A DNA stretch of 64,000 bases from Octopus sinensis (lineage: Eukaryota). The stretch covers positions 47,244,001 through 47,308,000 of the forward strand of contig NC_043012.1 in assembly GCF_006345805.1 (NCBI RefSeq), in the 5' to 3' direction. A program made the position numbers and the translations under genes. The stretch's first letter is position 1. Every line of letters starts with the position of its first letter. The notes beneath the pieces were generated by a model that searched no databases, was not told the DNA's origin, and worked only from the letters and a program-made list of their open reading frames with translations. Below are positions 38,690 to 51,968 of this stretch, in pieces.

Positions 38690-38890
38690 CAGCATTTTGG
38701 CACAAGGCCACCGATGTGAAGAAGGGGTAAGTCGATTACATCAACGCAGGTGCTCAGATGGTTCTTCTTTTTCCAACCCCTAGATGATGAAAGGCAACCT
38801 CGAACACAGTGGAGTTTTGAACACAGAACATAAAGACGGATTAAATACTGCTAACCATTTTGTTCGGCGTGCTAACTACTCTGTCACCTT
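38690..38890 (-). mobile_element. Degenerate SINE family A
   Basis: ttttggcacaaggcc...gtcgattacatc...gatgaaaggcaa...ttgaacacagaac...ggcgtgctaac. Confidence 0.65.
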
Positions 38891-40315
38891 ATTGTACTTT
38901 ATACTTTAAAACGTATCACATTTATTTATTTATATATTTATTTCTTTACCTTTATGATAACGAAGCTTTGTAACTGAAGGATTTAAAGACAAAAATTATT
39001 ACATCGAAGATAATTCTTGAAAATGTATAACGTTCAAAATTCTTTTAAGGTAGTTATGAATCTTAAATTATTACAATTAACGTTAAGCTTTTCTTTATCT
39101 TATTATTCTCAAACTGTTGTGAATATTGCAGTTTTAGATACGAATAGCAAGAAATCAAATTTCATTTGTTCATATGATTTTATTTAAATGTAGCAAATAT
39201 TCATAGTAAAAAATTCATATTAAAAATTGATACATACGATTAGATTCGTTCGTGCAGTTACGCTGATCTGTAAATTGTACGATGAATATTTATGTTTTTG
39301 TCAATTGATAGTTATTTTTGTACGAATGCATCTACAAATAATAATTGAATTTGGAATGTTTTGGCAGGGAGCACTGAAAATAGTGTCATTATTATTCAGT
39401 AAATAGTAACATACAATCGTCAAAAATATCCAACTAAAAACGAATATCGAAACAAACGTGTTTTCTTTGTTGAGACATAATGCTCATTAAAACATCGCCC
39501 AAACTGCGTTGGTTTCCTTGCCGTACTGCCTCTATGTTGACTTTCCAATGGTGTATTATACAATAGGTATTATATAAGTGGTATATAAGAGGTATGGAAT
39601 AGAAAAGTAGGCAACAGCAGCTTATGAGAGAAATAACCCGCAGTTTGAATGACAGACTTGCATAATAAATCGAGACTACAATAGAAAGAATAATTTATCC
39701 ATGCTATAACAACATGTCATACAGAAACAACCAGCGAACTACTATCTATAAAAATGATTCGAAGGTATTAGAACACTGGAAACTTTATAATCAGCTCAAT
39801 GACGAATGCGATTTTGTATATCAGAAGAAATGAATATTTCCTTAAGAATTCTATCTGAGAAACACGCTTAGCACCAATGTCTATTGTTGGTTTAAGTTGA
39901 TATATTTGTTGAATTATCTTGAAATATCTATTCGTTGTACCTCAGACTGTCTCGTGTTATGGGGCTACATGTCTTAACAAATAAAATATCGTTCTCTTAA
40001 TATGTATCACACCCGCAATTGTCTTTGTTATCGTCAAAATATTGAGTATTTGTTAAAGTATTTCTAAGTGCTGAGCGGTTCAATGTCGGTTACCTTTTGT
40101 AAATTAGTGTTATGTTGCAACCAAATCAAAAGTATTCATTGTTAATATATATCATATATCTTATAGTTCCTATTCAGTGCACGAATGTATCATACGTTGA
40201 TTCAGTTATTTTGCTGTACGTAAGATTGAAAATATTGAGAACTTCGCATTTCTCTGAGGTTTCAACTTAAAACAACTAACATGCATACATATATAAACTG
40301 AGAAACTTCTGCAAA

Positions 40316-40317
<2 letters not shown>

Positions 40318-40372
<55 letters not shown>

Positions 40373-40460
40373 CATCATCATTATTATTATTATTATTATT
40401 ATCATTGTTGTTATTGTTGTTGTTGCTGGTGTTGTTGTTCGTGTTATTATTATTATTTAT
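40318..40460. repeat. (TTA)n(TCA)(TTG)n microsatellite
   Basis: Direct reading. Confidence 0.95.
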
Positions 40461-41365
40461 ATTATTATCTTGTCCATATACGTAGATGTATGTACTTTAC
40501 GCTATGGACGATTATGTGATATACGGGGATTATGTATCGATACGTGACTATACTTACCTAATTCGTAAAAAGACTGTGATTATTATTCAACAATCTATAA
40601 ACTATTCACAATTTCATAATAGTTATAATGTACTGGAAAACAATCGTAGACATGTTTCTCATTCATCCACGAAATAGACAAATAATTGTTAAACATAGAC
40701 CTTATCAAGTTTATTAGGAAATTTATTCGTCAGAACGGCGTCATCGATTTGCTAGCACGTCATTTAAACACATTTATTTATATATTTTTTGCTTTCTATC
40801 TAAATTATTTATTATCCTCACGATATTGTTTAACTGAAATTCTGTTATTGTTACTTTCTTCTTTGTTTAAAATTTTAAAATAACAAAGAGAAAGAATCAC
40901 TTGAAAGGAAAATAGATATATATATATTTCTGGACTTCTAATTTTATTTTCTTTTATGGATTATCATACAAAATATTTCTGGAATGATTTCATAATACTT
41001 ATAGTGACACATATGTGTATGGCTTGTTTTATCGTGCTACTAAGATATCATAGCTTGTAACAAAGATTATAAGATTTGGACTGGAAGATTTTTGTAGATG
41101 CCCCTCCACTTTAAACAGAGCCAAAACAAGTTGCTCTTTGATTCATGTTTATCACATCTACTGAAATCCTACACTGAGTTATGTCAACGTTCAATAATGC
41201 GATATTACAAGCCATAGGCAAATGGATCACTACAATAATTAGGAAGCAATTTCCCACGTATTTTATAAGATTTTGCATCATTAATAATGTAGAAAGCCAA
41301 AACGAGATACGTTTCCATTTTATTTTATTTTGCTTCTTTGTTTTATATTTTACAATTAGAAAGAG

Positions 41366-41601
41366 ATATTGATCACAAATTTTGACACAAGGCCAGCGAT
41401 TTCATGGAAATGGCAAGTCTACAGCATCGGCCACAGCATTCAGCTAGTAAGTATTTGATCGACCTTGTGGTACCTATTTTATCGATCCTGAAATGATGAA
41501 CAGAAAGACTACCTCGGCGGAATTTGAGCTCTGAACACGAGACGGACAAAATGTCATTAAGCATTTTGCCTGACATGCTAAAGATTCTGCTAGCTCGCCA
41601 C
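41366..41601 (-). mobile_element. SINE family A (tail type 3), diverged
   Basis: Reverse complement gtggcgagctagcagaatc...gagctcaaattccgccgagg...ccttgtgtcaaaatttgtgatcaatat. Confidence 0.75.
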
Positions 41602-42983
41602 TTTCAGTTAGCAAGTAAAGTAAGGTTAGTTTCTCAATATTATCTATAAATATGTATCGATAGGATTTTGGTGTTTACCCTCTCCGTATGTCATTACATT
41701 CCTGTCATGGATTATATATTTCACGTTAAAAAACTTCCCACGTAAAGTGAAATATAGGAGTAATATCTCGACTGAAAATAGATAAATTATTGTCTTTTAT
41801 TTCTTATAACAAAATTTGGATTTGAGATTATTGACAAAATTTAGAAGAAACATATTTGACAGCTTTTTCCTTAACAAGGGCTTAACAATAGAAAGCAGAA
41901 TCCATATATTTCAGGAACGGCAACAGAACCAACAATAGTAGCAAAAACAATGAAGAAATGAAACTGTTATTCTCAGTGGCTTTCAAGTATATAGAATGAA
42001 TTATATATTATATGCATTATCTTCGAGACGGGACACTTAGAAGATGAGATGAACCGTTCATTTAAAAAGACACTGTACAGGGAGCATTAACGTTAGTGCA
42101 ACACATATTGCCTATGTAGAAGCTTCTACGATTATCTAATAGGTTCCATTTGTTACATTTACACAGAATCGTCAAGTGGAATGATTGTTTGAATGTGAAC
42201 AAGAGCTGCAAAAGTAAATATTTTTTGTAACAGATTTTTCAGACACATTTCGACACGAGGGCCTTATTAGAGGGTTACATGCTTTTATGCATCACTATAA
42301 TGAAGAAGGAACAAAACAAAGACCAAAAAATCTCCCTTAAATCATATACCGTGGTTGTTAATGTAACAACGACGTATTAGATCATGTAGGCCTATATTTT
42401 TAATGGCTAATCTCAAACGGAATGGCGTGTTTTTGGACTTATTTTGCAGGGACAAGAAGACTGCTGTAAAGAAGGAATTTATTTATTGTGAAACCGATGA
42501 CGCATGGAAAACCTTGCAGCCATTTGAGCTCTTTTAAACGAATCCAATAATCAGGATATGGAGTTAAAACAAGTGATTGATCATGAGTACCACTCAACTT
42601 CAAAGAAAAGAAATGCAAGAACAAACACAACAGGTCAACGCGTCCGATGGCCTAACACTTCCTCTAATTTTCTTTATTTGAGCTGAAAAATCAAATGTAA
42701 AAGTGAAGTGCATAACGGGATTTTAAGCAGGGCTCAGTGAAAACTAACGTAATGTACTTCATTCCACAATCCTTTAATTTTATGAATTCACATACTATAG
42801 GTTCCTCTTAAAAGACAAAATTGTCCAAAAGTATAATACTGTTTGATATAGATCTGCATCATAACATTTGATTTAGAGCAAAGCTACAAAGTAAGAAGTT
42901 AACACGAATATCATAAAAAAATACATCTGTTTTCATTAAAAAGAAATTATTATTAATATTGTTGTTGTTGTTGTTGTTATTGA

Positions 42984-43125
42984 GGGGGTGAGCTGACAGA
43001 ATCAGTATCGCGCTAGAGGAAATACTTAGTAGCATTTCCCCTGTCGCTACGTTCTGAGTTCAAATTCCGTCAAGGTAGATTTCGCCTTTCATTCTTTCGT
43101 GTTCGATAAAATAACTACCAGTTGA
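42984..43125 (+). mobile_element. SINE family A, 3'-truncated
   Basis: ggtgagctgacagaatc...gagttcaaattccgtc...gcctttcattctttcgtgttcgataaa. Confidence 0.75.
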
Positions 43126-43189
43126 AGATTGTGGTCAAGTGGCAATGATTATTATTATTATTATTATTGTTATCATTATTATTATTATT

Positions 43190-44090
43190 TCTTTTCCTGG
43201 TTTAGGTATAATACATCTCAGCTCCTTCTTGCGACTTTCAGAAATACTTTCCTCAAAGAAACGTGCTTTTTCGGGTATTACTTCCGACTGCGTACGTCAG
43301 GGGAAGTTTCGTATTTTCTGTCTTCCATGCCAGAATATTGCTATCATTGACATAGTCTCAAGTGCGCTAAATATGATATCACACTCTTCTGAGGCTCTAT
43401 GGGTGCTTCTCACTTCTAATGCTAGGGCTTCGAAATTGACGACTTCTTCATTCGCTCGCTTCATGATATGCTGTTTTGCTCGTATAGCTACGTCGGTGAA
43501 GGTTCACTTCTTGGACTCCAAAGATTAGTGTTTCTAATGATTGTTGAAACTTTCCAGCCAATATTTCCTGCACAGCTCACAGTGTATTCGTTCAGTCATT
43601 TCCTCATGATGATTTTGCATTCCTTTTGGGTCAGGTTTGGTTATCCGCTAATTATATGTCTGATTCGCATGATTTGTCACATAGGTGAAAATGCTGTCTT
43701 TTCAACGCTATATTGAAATGAGTTAGCTCTTGAGACTTGCTCATGTGTAGTAATTATTAGTCATTCTGTCTCCCTTAAAATCAATATCTTAGCCATCTCC
43801 AGGACTCTTCATTAGCTTCATCTGATGTTTGTTGGAAAAACTCCCCGCATAGGACCTTCTGTTTCCAGTTGATGATCTTTTCTTTATTAGTTTTCATTTT
43901 GTATTCCTGGAGGGTTTCACTATTATAACTGAACATCTCCTTACTCAGCGCAGCCTGCAACGTTCTCTCATCGCTATTCTTCAGATGGGCATTCAAGGAC
44001 ATAACTATCATAAAGCTATCTTCTATTCCAGCCCATTAGCTTTCACCTTCCTACCTAGGTAAGTAAAGACGCCACACGTGATTTCTAGCA
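43190..44090 (-). mobile_element. Degenerate R4/Dong-like 3' part with (AAT)n tail (43148-43189)
   Basis: Minus strand IINWKQKVLCGEFFQQTSDEANEESWRWLR, then knuckle and RLE remnants toward 43200. Confidence 0.7.
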
Positions 44091-44320
44091 TCGGCCACAG
44101 AGATAATGACAATAGTCCCAAGACAAGCACAAGAATGAACAGAAACAAATCTCGTCAGAAAAGAAAAAAATTCCAACCTAATTTCGACTGTCCTACTCCC
44201 TCTCTTTCAAACAGAATTACACAGATAGATACACAGTAAAAAAGCTCCACAGTAAAAAAGCTCTGTCTAATATAGAATTTACATTTTGCGAGGAGGAGGG
44301 ACAAGGGTATAAAAAATAAA

Positions 44321-44554
44321 GAAGGCGGTGAGCTGGCAGAAACGTTAGCACGCCGGGTGAAATGCGTAGTCGTATTTCATCTGCTGTTACATTCTGAGTT
44401 CAAACTCCGCCGAGGTCGACTTTGCCTTTCATCCTTTTGGGGTCGATAAATTAAGTACCAGATACGCACTGGGGTCGATGTAATCAACTTAATCCGTTTG
44501 TCTGTCCTTGTTTGTCCTCTCTGTGTTTAGCCCTTTGTGGGTAGTAAAGAAATA
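44321..44554 (+). mobile_element. SINE family A (tail type 1), full length, 15-bp TSD
   Basis: TSD ggtataaaaaataaa at 44306-44320 and 44555-44569. Confidence 0.93.
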
Positions 44555-45479
44555 GGTATAAAAAATAAATAGATACATTAGAAATTTTACGAAAGCTATA
44601 ATCGCTCTAAACAAAGCTCACAATCACAACAACGTCACTGAAACACAACCACACCAAATACACACAATTCCACAACAACAACAACTCTGCCATCACAACA
44701 ACCACTTCAAAAAGAAAACACACAAAAGAGCAGCACAGCAAATTGACACATAAACAATACGTTATCAACAAAAGACACTCAACCGCTAACTTTGTGCTGA
44801 TAAGTAGCACGGATAAGTGTCATTGTAGAATAAAAAGAAATCATTGAAAGAGAGGGCGAGAAGGGTGAGGATAAAGGAGGGGGAGGAGATCTTCAGGTTC
44901 ACTTATGTAGAAATAAATTAGATATATAATGCTGGACAAACAAAATGAGATAACTTTCCAGCAGTAGGGCCTACAACGGACATCCCGAAAGAACCTCAAA
45001 TTTTATAGAGGCTGAATCAGTCGGTCCCAGCGAGTATCAAATGAGTCCATAGCCAGTATACTTTCATTCTCTTTTTCAACCAACATGATGGTAGGTGTGG
45101 GGCTAAATGTACATGGTTTGTGATTACCCTAGAAGCAGATTTCCTTGATCAATAACCAAAGGTCGCTATATTTAGTTGTAACAGCCATGGCCGAAAGCAG
45201 AATTCCGGCACACTAACTGTAGCAATAATTTTCGATTACTTTGAATTTTTCACGTTTCTTTCTCGGCCTGAAATGTTGCTGTTGCTTCGGAGAGGTCTGG
45301 GACTCAAGATACAGTTAATACTTCTGGAACCCGCCAGTAAGTTGGTGATTCTGAACGTGAACAGTATAGAAGCTACTCTATAACTTCGATAGTGTTCACG
45401 TGCTAGCGGTCGATGGAACCACCGTATCTCACGTGCCTCTGAATAGTGGGTTTCTAACTGGTAGCTGTAAAAACTTAGC

Positions 45480-46260
45480 AAAATTGTTAAAGCTTTTCTA
45501 ACTAGCTGTTATGTAACGAATAGATTTCTCGGTTGTAGCAATTACATTTGGGTGAAAACATTAGGTTATCTAGATCATTCTGAACACAAGTAAAAAGAGG
45601 AAGCATAGGTCGCCTAAAATTCCAAAGGATTAGTGAGGTGGGCTATATATTAGGTGATTTCTAAGGTCAGCTTAAATAGACTATATAGACAGGGACCCAA
45701 TTACTAGAAACTGAATGAGTCTTTCCTGGTGCACTAAGTCTACAAAGACCTGAAATGGAGAAGGTTGACAGAGTCAGACATCAACAGCCAATGGCGGTTA
45801 GACTCCTCAGAAAAGGGAGATAAGGTTTGGCAAGGGAAAAGTGATAGAGAATTCTAAGGAAGAGGGAGAGCTATTCAGTAACGTTGGAAAGGCGCTTAAG
45901 AAAGGAACTGATACCGACCTGCTGGAGGTAACTTAGACCCTTCACCGATTTGTCAATTCTTAACATGAATGTTGCGTTTTCAGAGCTAAAACATATGCGC
46001 TAAGACAACGTGGAAGGAAATCCGTTTGATGGACTCGGTGACAGAGATGCATTAGAAGAAAACTATAATTCGCTCTTCTAAATAGAGAAAGTAGCGTGTG
46101 TTACTCAATTTCACGGAGATTTGTACAGCTGTTCAGTGACATTTTGTCTCAACAGTTTGGAGCTAACGTTTAATCTCTGATGTGGGTGAAGTACACGGTC
46201 TCTCTTGAGGGCTCTTATATAGAGATACAAAGCTCTGAGAATTGGCGCTAAAAGTTAACG
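45480..46260 (-). mobile_element. Possible CR1/L2-like LINE debris
   Basis: Only faint similarity in composition and motifs; no intact motif. Confidence 0.25.
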
Positions 46261-46449
46261 AAATATAAAGGGAAGCGACGGCTTGATGTTTCCAGGGGTG
46301 GACAGTCTGCAGAAAATTTGATTAACCACCTATTCACAGATGTCTACTTCGACAGAAATCAGGATAGAAGAATTTCTCAGTCCTGTAAAAAACGGTGTAG
46401 TGGTAACGTTAACTCCGAACCCGCAATGACGTCAGAACCTGATTAAAAA

Positions 46450-46910
46450 TTTGAAGATATTGGCCAAGCGAAGGGGTTGAATCATATCGGTGTGCTTGCT
46501 TGTTGGTGAGGGAAAAACATGCGCCATATCAAAAAGACCCATTTACTTCACGGGATACATCATTAGATAGTGCCAAAAGTCAATACTTGAAAACGGCTTG
46601 ATTGAGACTCATCTCTCAATGCTGAATCACTGTTATATACCACGACAGTAATCTGAATAAATGTCGGATTTGGCAACTGTTGAATATCATGAGTCTACAT
46701 TGCAATTTCGAAATAAAATCTATGGGTGTTTTGCTGCTGTCCGGCACGGCTGCCCGAGTTGTGCGTAGAGAGCTGATACTGTCTTGCAATTCAATCGCCA
46801 GAAGAGTTCTTGGGCATGTTCGACTCGTAGAATAGTGACAGCTTCTGTCATGTTTAGGAAAGATGAGGCGGTCAACCGACGCCATATTATACTACCTCCC
46901 ACCACCTACC
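46450..46910 (-). mobile_element. Possible Tc1 transposase debris
   Basis: Minus strand VGGSIIW at ~46900 and RLLSW at ~46640, in the expected order. Confidence 0.28.
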
Positions 46911-49149
46911 TTTTGAAAGGAATGCACCACATTCTAGTATGCAAGTGTTGAAGGCAGAGTGAACAATCTAAAGAAAGTCGTCCACTTGTGTCACTCAAAT
47001 ATTTGGTCGATGAAATCAACTAACCCCTTACCGAACATTGCTTACCTAGTGCTAAAATTTGAAAGAAGTATTTTTTCTATTGTTGATTTATGTATTTTGT
47101 CACGATCTGTCAAGATCTTGTTAGCAAAGTCTAATGTTAAACCATATATAACTATAGTTAATAGTACCTCTTAATTTCAACATATTTAATATTACATAGA
47201 GTATTTCAAGGATGCTCTCCATAAATGCAATTTGATTAGACGACGTCAGTCTTTCTATTCATGATACCGGGAGCATTTTATCCTAATATCTTATAAATTG
47301 AATGACTTGATCAATGTTTCTGCCCTTGAAAAATCAAATTGTTCAGAATTCCGTTACTAAAATAATGAATATGTTTTGAAATTATAGAGAATGTTGTTTT
47401 AATATAAGTGTCCCTTGATCGTTTATCCAGGTTTCCAAGACGAATTATATATTCATTAATAAGAAAACTATGTTAGACAAGATCAACGAAGTAAATATAG
47501 CAGTAAATAAAATCAGCAAGAAATCTCTTAATTCAATTATCTGTTGTCATTAACAAATTCGTAAATCCAGTAGGGTGTTGCAGCAATAAATTGTGAACAC
47601 CATATACCCGAAATTGTAATCTCAGTGGAGCATGAGTAAGTGATACTGTGCATTCTAAGTTCAAATCACGTATGTATTATCATTGTCGTTCATGATTTCT
47701 TGCTCCATAAAATACAACCACTCTGGTATTTAGATTTGTAGGACTGAGACTGTGTCGAACCAGATTCCTTGCAGGTATTTGTTTCTGCCCTTTGCGTTCT
47801 ATGTAAAATCTGGCCAGAGCTATACCACCACCAAAGCAATAACATTGCCAACACAATACGCTGAGTTGAAAAATGGTTTCTTTAGCTGGCATGCAGCCTT
47901 GCGAAGGAATAAAGGAACCATAAAACCATGTACACCAAAATTTTTATCCAACGCATATTATTAAAAATGGGTATGCTGAATAGGAATTCCAATGTACATA
48001 CGCATCTTTCTATCGATATTAATATTCTATGTCTAATAAAAAGTTATTTCTAAGAGGAGAATGAAGACACGTTCCCAAATGTACTTGTTACTATATATTT
48101 TCTGTTGATGTGAACATATTCTATACATCATGCAATATATTCTATATTTTTTATGATCATAAATATATCTAACAATGCGTTCCATATCGAAAAGAATACA
48201 CTGTCACATGATGGTAATACATTTCATTTCGTTAATGTGGAGAGACACAATTTTTAGTAATTAGATGGGATAAGAATGCACTATAAAATTTGTTGTGGTA
48301 GGCTTATTAAATACGGCGGAAAGCATTCTAAATGGATTATAACTATAATGTGAATGTCATTGCTACTTTATACTTCCCATCATATAGTTGTTTTAAAACT
48401 CGTTAAGGAAATAGTATTATTTTGAATGCACCGAATATAGGAAAAATCTAATCCTTTTTACATGTATCGAATTGGATTTCACTTTCAAAAGAACAATGTA
48501 AACAGCATGCCGCATGCATTTATATGAAACTATTTAGCTTAGTGGTGCATGATGTCGTTTCCTTGCTGGCAGTAAAATATAGGATTTTTATTCAATATGG
48601 TTGAGAGATTTAGCTTACCCAAGCATATATAAAATAGAAAGTATGAATATGGTATTACTTTTACACTTGTCTTGGCAAATATAATCAAGGATTTGAATAC
48701 ATAAATTTAGAAAGATTCTATTGAAAATTCTGTCTATATTTTATGTCTGAAATTGTATAAGAAAAAATGTAATGTACAATACACAGTTCATCTTAATGAA
48801 TGAAAATATGTTGTTTGAAAAATACTAGACATATTTTAACAAGAAATTCTATGAAGGTTTAGAAATAATTTCTATGCAGAATAATGCTGGCTTCTTTTAC
48901 TCCTAAAACGCTTATTCGATTCTAAAAGCATTAATTAAGTTTAAATTAATTCATATTTCTTAATAGAAAGCTTACTGACAATTCGAATATTATTTACGTT
49001 TCTTTGTGCAAAAACCTAGTTAAATCTTATTTAATCTAAATTTATATTCTATTATTTATTCATCCATATCCCTTTCGTAAATACACACAGGCACGCACGT
49101 AAACACTCACACATATAAGCACATTTATACATATTCATATGCTCATATG

Positions 49150-49169
49150 GGATATCTTTATATGCATAG

Positions 49170-49208
<39 letters not shown>

Positions 49209-49270
49209 TATATATATATACGTATATGCTCGTGTGTACATATATATATATATATATATATTATATAATA

Positions 49271-49324
<54 letters not shown>

Positions 49325-49330
49325 GTATAT
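49150..49330. repeat. (TA)n array
   Basis: Direct reading. Confidence 0.95.
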
Positions 49331-49490
49331 GCTCGTGTGTACATGTGTGCAGCATATGTATGTGAGTTTTTGAAGTTCAATGGCTCTTGTATTATCTTAA
49401 ACTAAATATTGAATTAAGTATGTAATGCAAAGCAATAAGCAATCACTTTTCCAGCGACAGAAGAAATGCAGACGGCATTGTAGTAATATT

Positions 49491-49668
49491 GGTTTCAAAT
49501 TTTGGCACAGTGCCAAACAATTCGGCAGAGGGTGTAAATCGATTACATCGACTCCAGGGCTCTTCTGGTGCTTAATTTCTGGACTTGAAAGGATGGACGT
49601 AGTGAATGATAAAATACCACTGCGCATCTTGTCCGATGCAGTAATGATTCCGCCAGCTCACCGCTTTT
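49491..49668 (-). mobile_element. SINE family A (tail type 3) with 17-bp TSD
   Basis: TSD ggcattgtagtaatatt at 49474-49490 and 49669-49685. Confidence 0.85.
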
Positions 49669-49697
49669 GGCATTGTAGTAATATTAATACCGATAAC

Positions 49698-49885
49698 GAC
49701 GTGGTGATGACAGAGTCGTTGGCACGCCGGGAAGAACGGCTTAGCAGCATTTCGTCTGTCATAACGTTCTGAGTTCAAATTCTGCTGGGGTCACCTTTCA
49801 TCATTTCGAGCTCGATAAACTAAGTACCAGTCAAGCACTAGTGTCGGTGTAACCAACATTTCAGGTCTGGTGCCTATATAGAAGG
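49698..49885 (+). mobile_element. SINE family A, diverged, head-to-head with 49491-49668
   Basis: gtcgttggcacgccgg...gttctgagttcaaattc...ctttcatcatttcgagctcgataaactaagtaccag. Confidence 0.7.
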
Positions 49886-50249
49886 GAATTTTACTAACGA
49901 TAATATCATTAAAGGCGTACATCATTCCCTCCCACCAAACAACCGACATTCATGTCCATATTTAGTATGTTTCAATAGTCTAATACCTTTGAGAAGTTTG
50001 TGAGGTCATTCTGTCAGTTTAGTTTAATAGCTATGTTTCTGGGACAGTCAAAATATGAAGCCTAAAATCATTTTCTTTTCCAAAATATATGTACCAGACT
50101 AGACACAAGATTTCGGATAAACCAACAAAAACTTATTAAATTCAGCAGAAAGAGAGGCCCTTATGTGAATGCGGTTCATGATTTTCCTGATTACACATCA
50201 GTGTAATTTTCATTATGTTGGTTTGAAATGTTGGCATACGACTAGAAAT

Positions 50250-50420
50250 TTGTAGAGATGTGGCGAGTCGATTGCTTAGTTGCTATTATATTTTATTATC
50301 GACTACGAAGGGAAGAAAGGCAAAATCGACCTATGCAGAAGTTGAACTTAGAACATGAAGACGTACGAAATGACACTAAGCATATTGTCCGACATGTTAA
50401 AGATCTTATTAGCGCATTAA
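50250..50420 (-). mobile_element. Very degenerate SINE family A
   Basis: atcgac...gaaaggcaaaatcgacct...ttgaacttagaac...aagcatattgtccgacatgttaa. Confidence 0.55.
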
Positions 50421-50909
50421 CCTATTCGCTTTCATATGTTTTATACATTAACTCTTTATTTGGAAAAAAAATTTTGGCAAATTCTATTGTAATTCTGTTG
50501 CTCTTACTCACCTTCTAAAAGCACCCAACTTCGACTGACACTTCAGTGACGTAAATTATCGAACCGTCGAATATTTGTGTCATATCTTAGGCAATTTAGA
50601 GGAGGGACTCTACTTCTGAATTCGATTTTCCGTATATGTTACCTCACAGGCTAAACAGACTTTTGTGTGGTGTTTCTTCGATGTTTTCCATAAATGACGC
50701 AACAGATGCAACCCCAACAAAATAGCAGTTCTTTTCAAAGTTTGACCGTATCTCTCTTGCTGGTAAAAACTTCGGTTCACCTGGAAAGATAAATAATCCT
50801 GCAATAGAGTACAGACACAGTACCGCTCATCTCCATGAAAAATTATAAAGGTGTTGCCGTCATTAGTTAACATATTCCGGATCTGCCATAATTTTTTAAT
50901 TCTTTTTTT

Positions 50910-51112
50910 TTATATATTTGTTTCATCCATTTGACTGTGACCATGCTGGAGTACCGTCTTTAGTCGAGCAAATCTACCCCAGGACTTATTCTTTGTAAGC
51001 CTAGTACTTATTCTATCGGTCTCTCTTGCCGAACCGGTAAGTTACGGGAACGCAAATACACCAGCATCGGTGGTCAAGCGATGTTGGGGAAAAACACAGA
51101 CACACTAACATG

Positions 51113-51203
<91 letters not shown>

Positions 51204-51360
51204 GACGTGCTTCTTTCAGTTACCGTGTACCAAATTCACTCACAAGGGTTTGGTCGGCCCGTTGCTATAGTAGAAACACTTTCCCAAGACGCCAAGCAGT
51301 GTGACTGAACCTGGAACCAAATTGTTGGTAAGCAAGCTATTTACCACACAGCCACTCCTG
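50910..51360 (-). mobile_element. SINE family B (CORE-like), full length
   Basis: Colinear with the reverse complement of 33341-33750. Confidence 0.9.
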
Positions 51361-51929
51361 CGCTTATAACTATTACTTTTTCTTTACATGAAAACTAGAA
51401 AATCAACGTTTCCCACAAATACATCACGTCTTGATATGCACAGTTTCCGAGATTTACGATTAAAATTTCAGGTTATAATACCTCCGTCAGATTCTCACAA
51501 TTATATGACTTATAGACATGAAGCAGGAGAGAAGACTGAATCTTATCTTGATTATAGCCTTTCGAGCCTGAGTCCTAAGGAGTAGGACCGCGTTGGATCT
51601 TACTTAGGTACATCTGCACAGGCAGCAAAGATAAAACTTGTTAGACCACGAAGCCTCTGTTAGTTGTGCAGCGAAGACTACGAGTGATTGTGGCCAATTA
51701 GCATCGAGTTAGAGACTTACGAACTGCTTCAAGATGCGCTGAAAAGATAATGCATGCCGGACCCGAATATGATCAACGCCGTCAGGTAATTCAGCGAGAA
51801 ACTTGCACTCGACCGTGTGCGATAAGATATCATGAAGTGGTACATCACAAGAGAAGTAAAGAAGATGAGGTCATTACAGGGTAAAGCTGATGCAATTAAG
51901 GGAGCAGTGTTGAGTTAACAGACTACTGG

Positions 51930-51968
<39 letters not shown>

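Noticed and set aside
42439-42700. Protein-like short frames on both strands
   Set aside because: The frames are short and mutually overlapping, with no consistent splice pair or known motif.
44232-44263. Perfect 16-bp tandem duplication (also a ~35-bp imperfect one at 60781-60850)
   Set aside because: Ordinary slippage duplications with no further structure.
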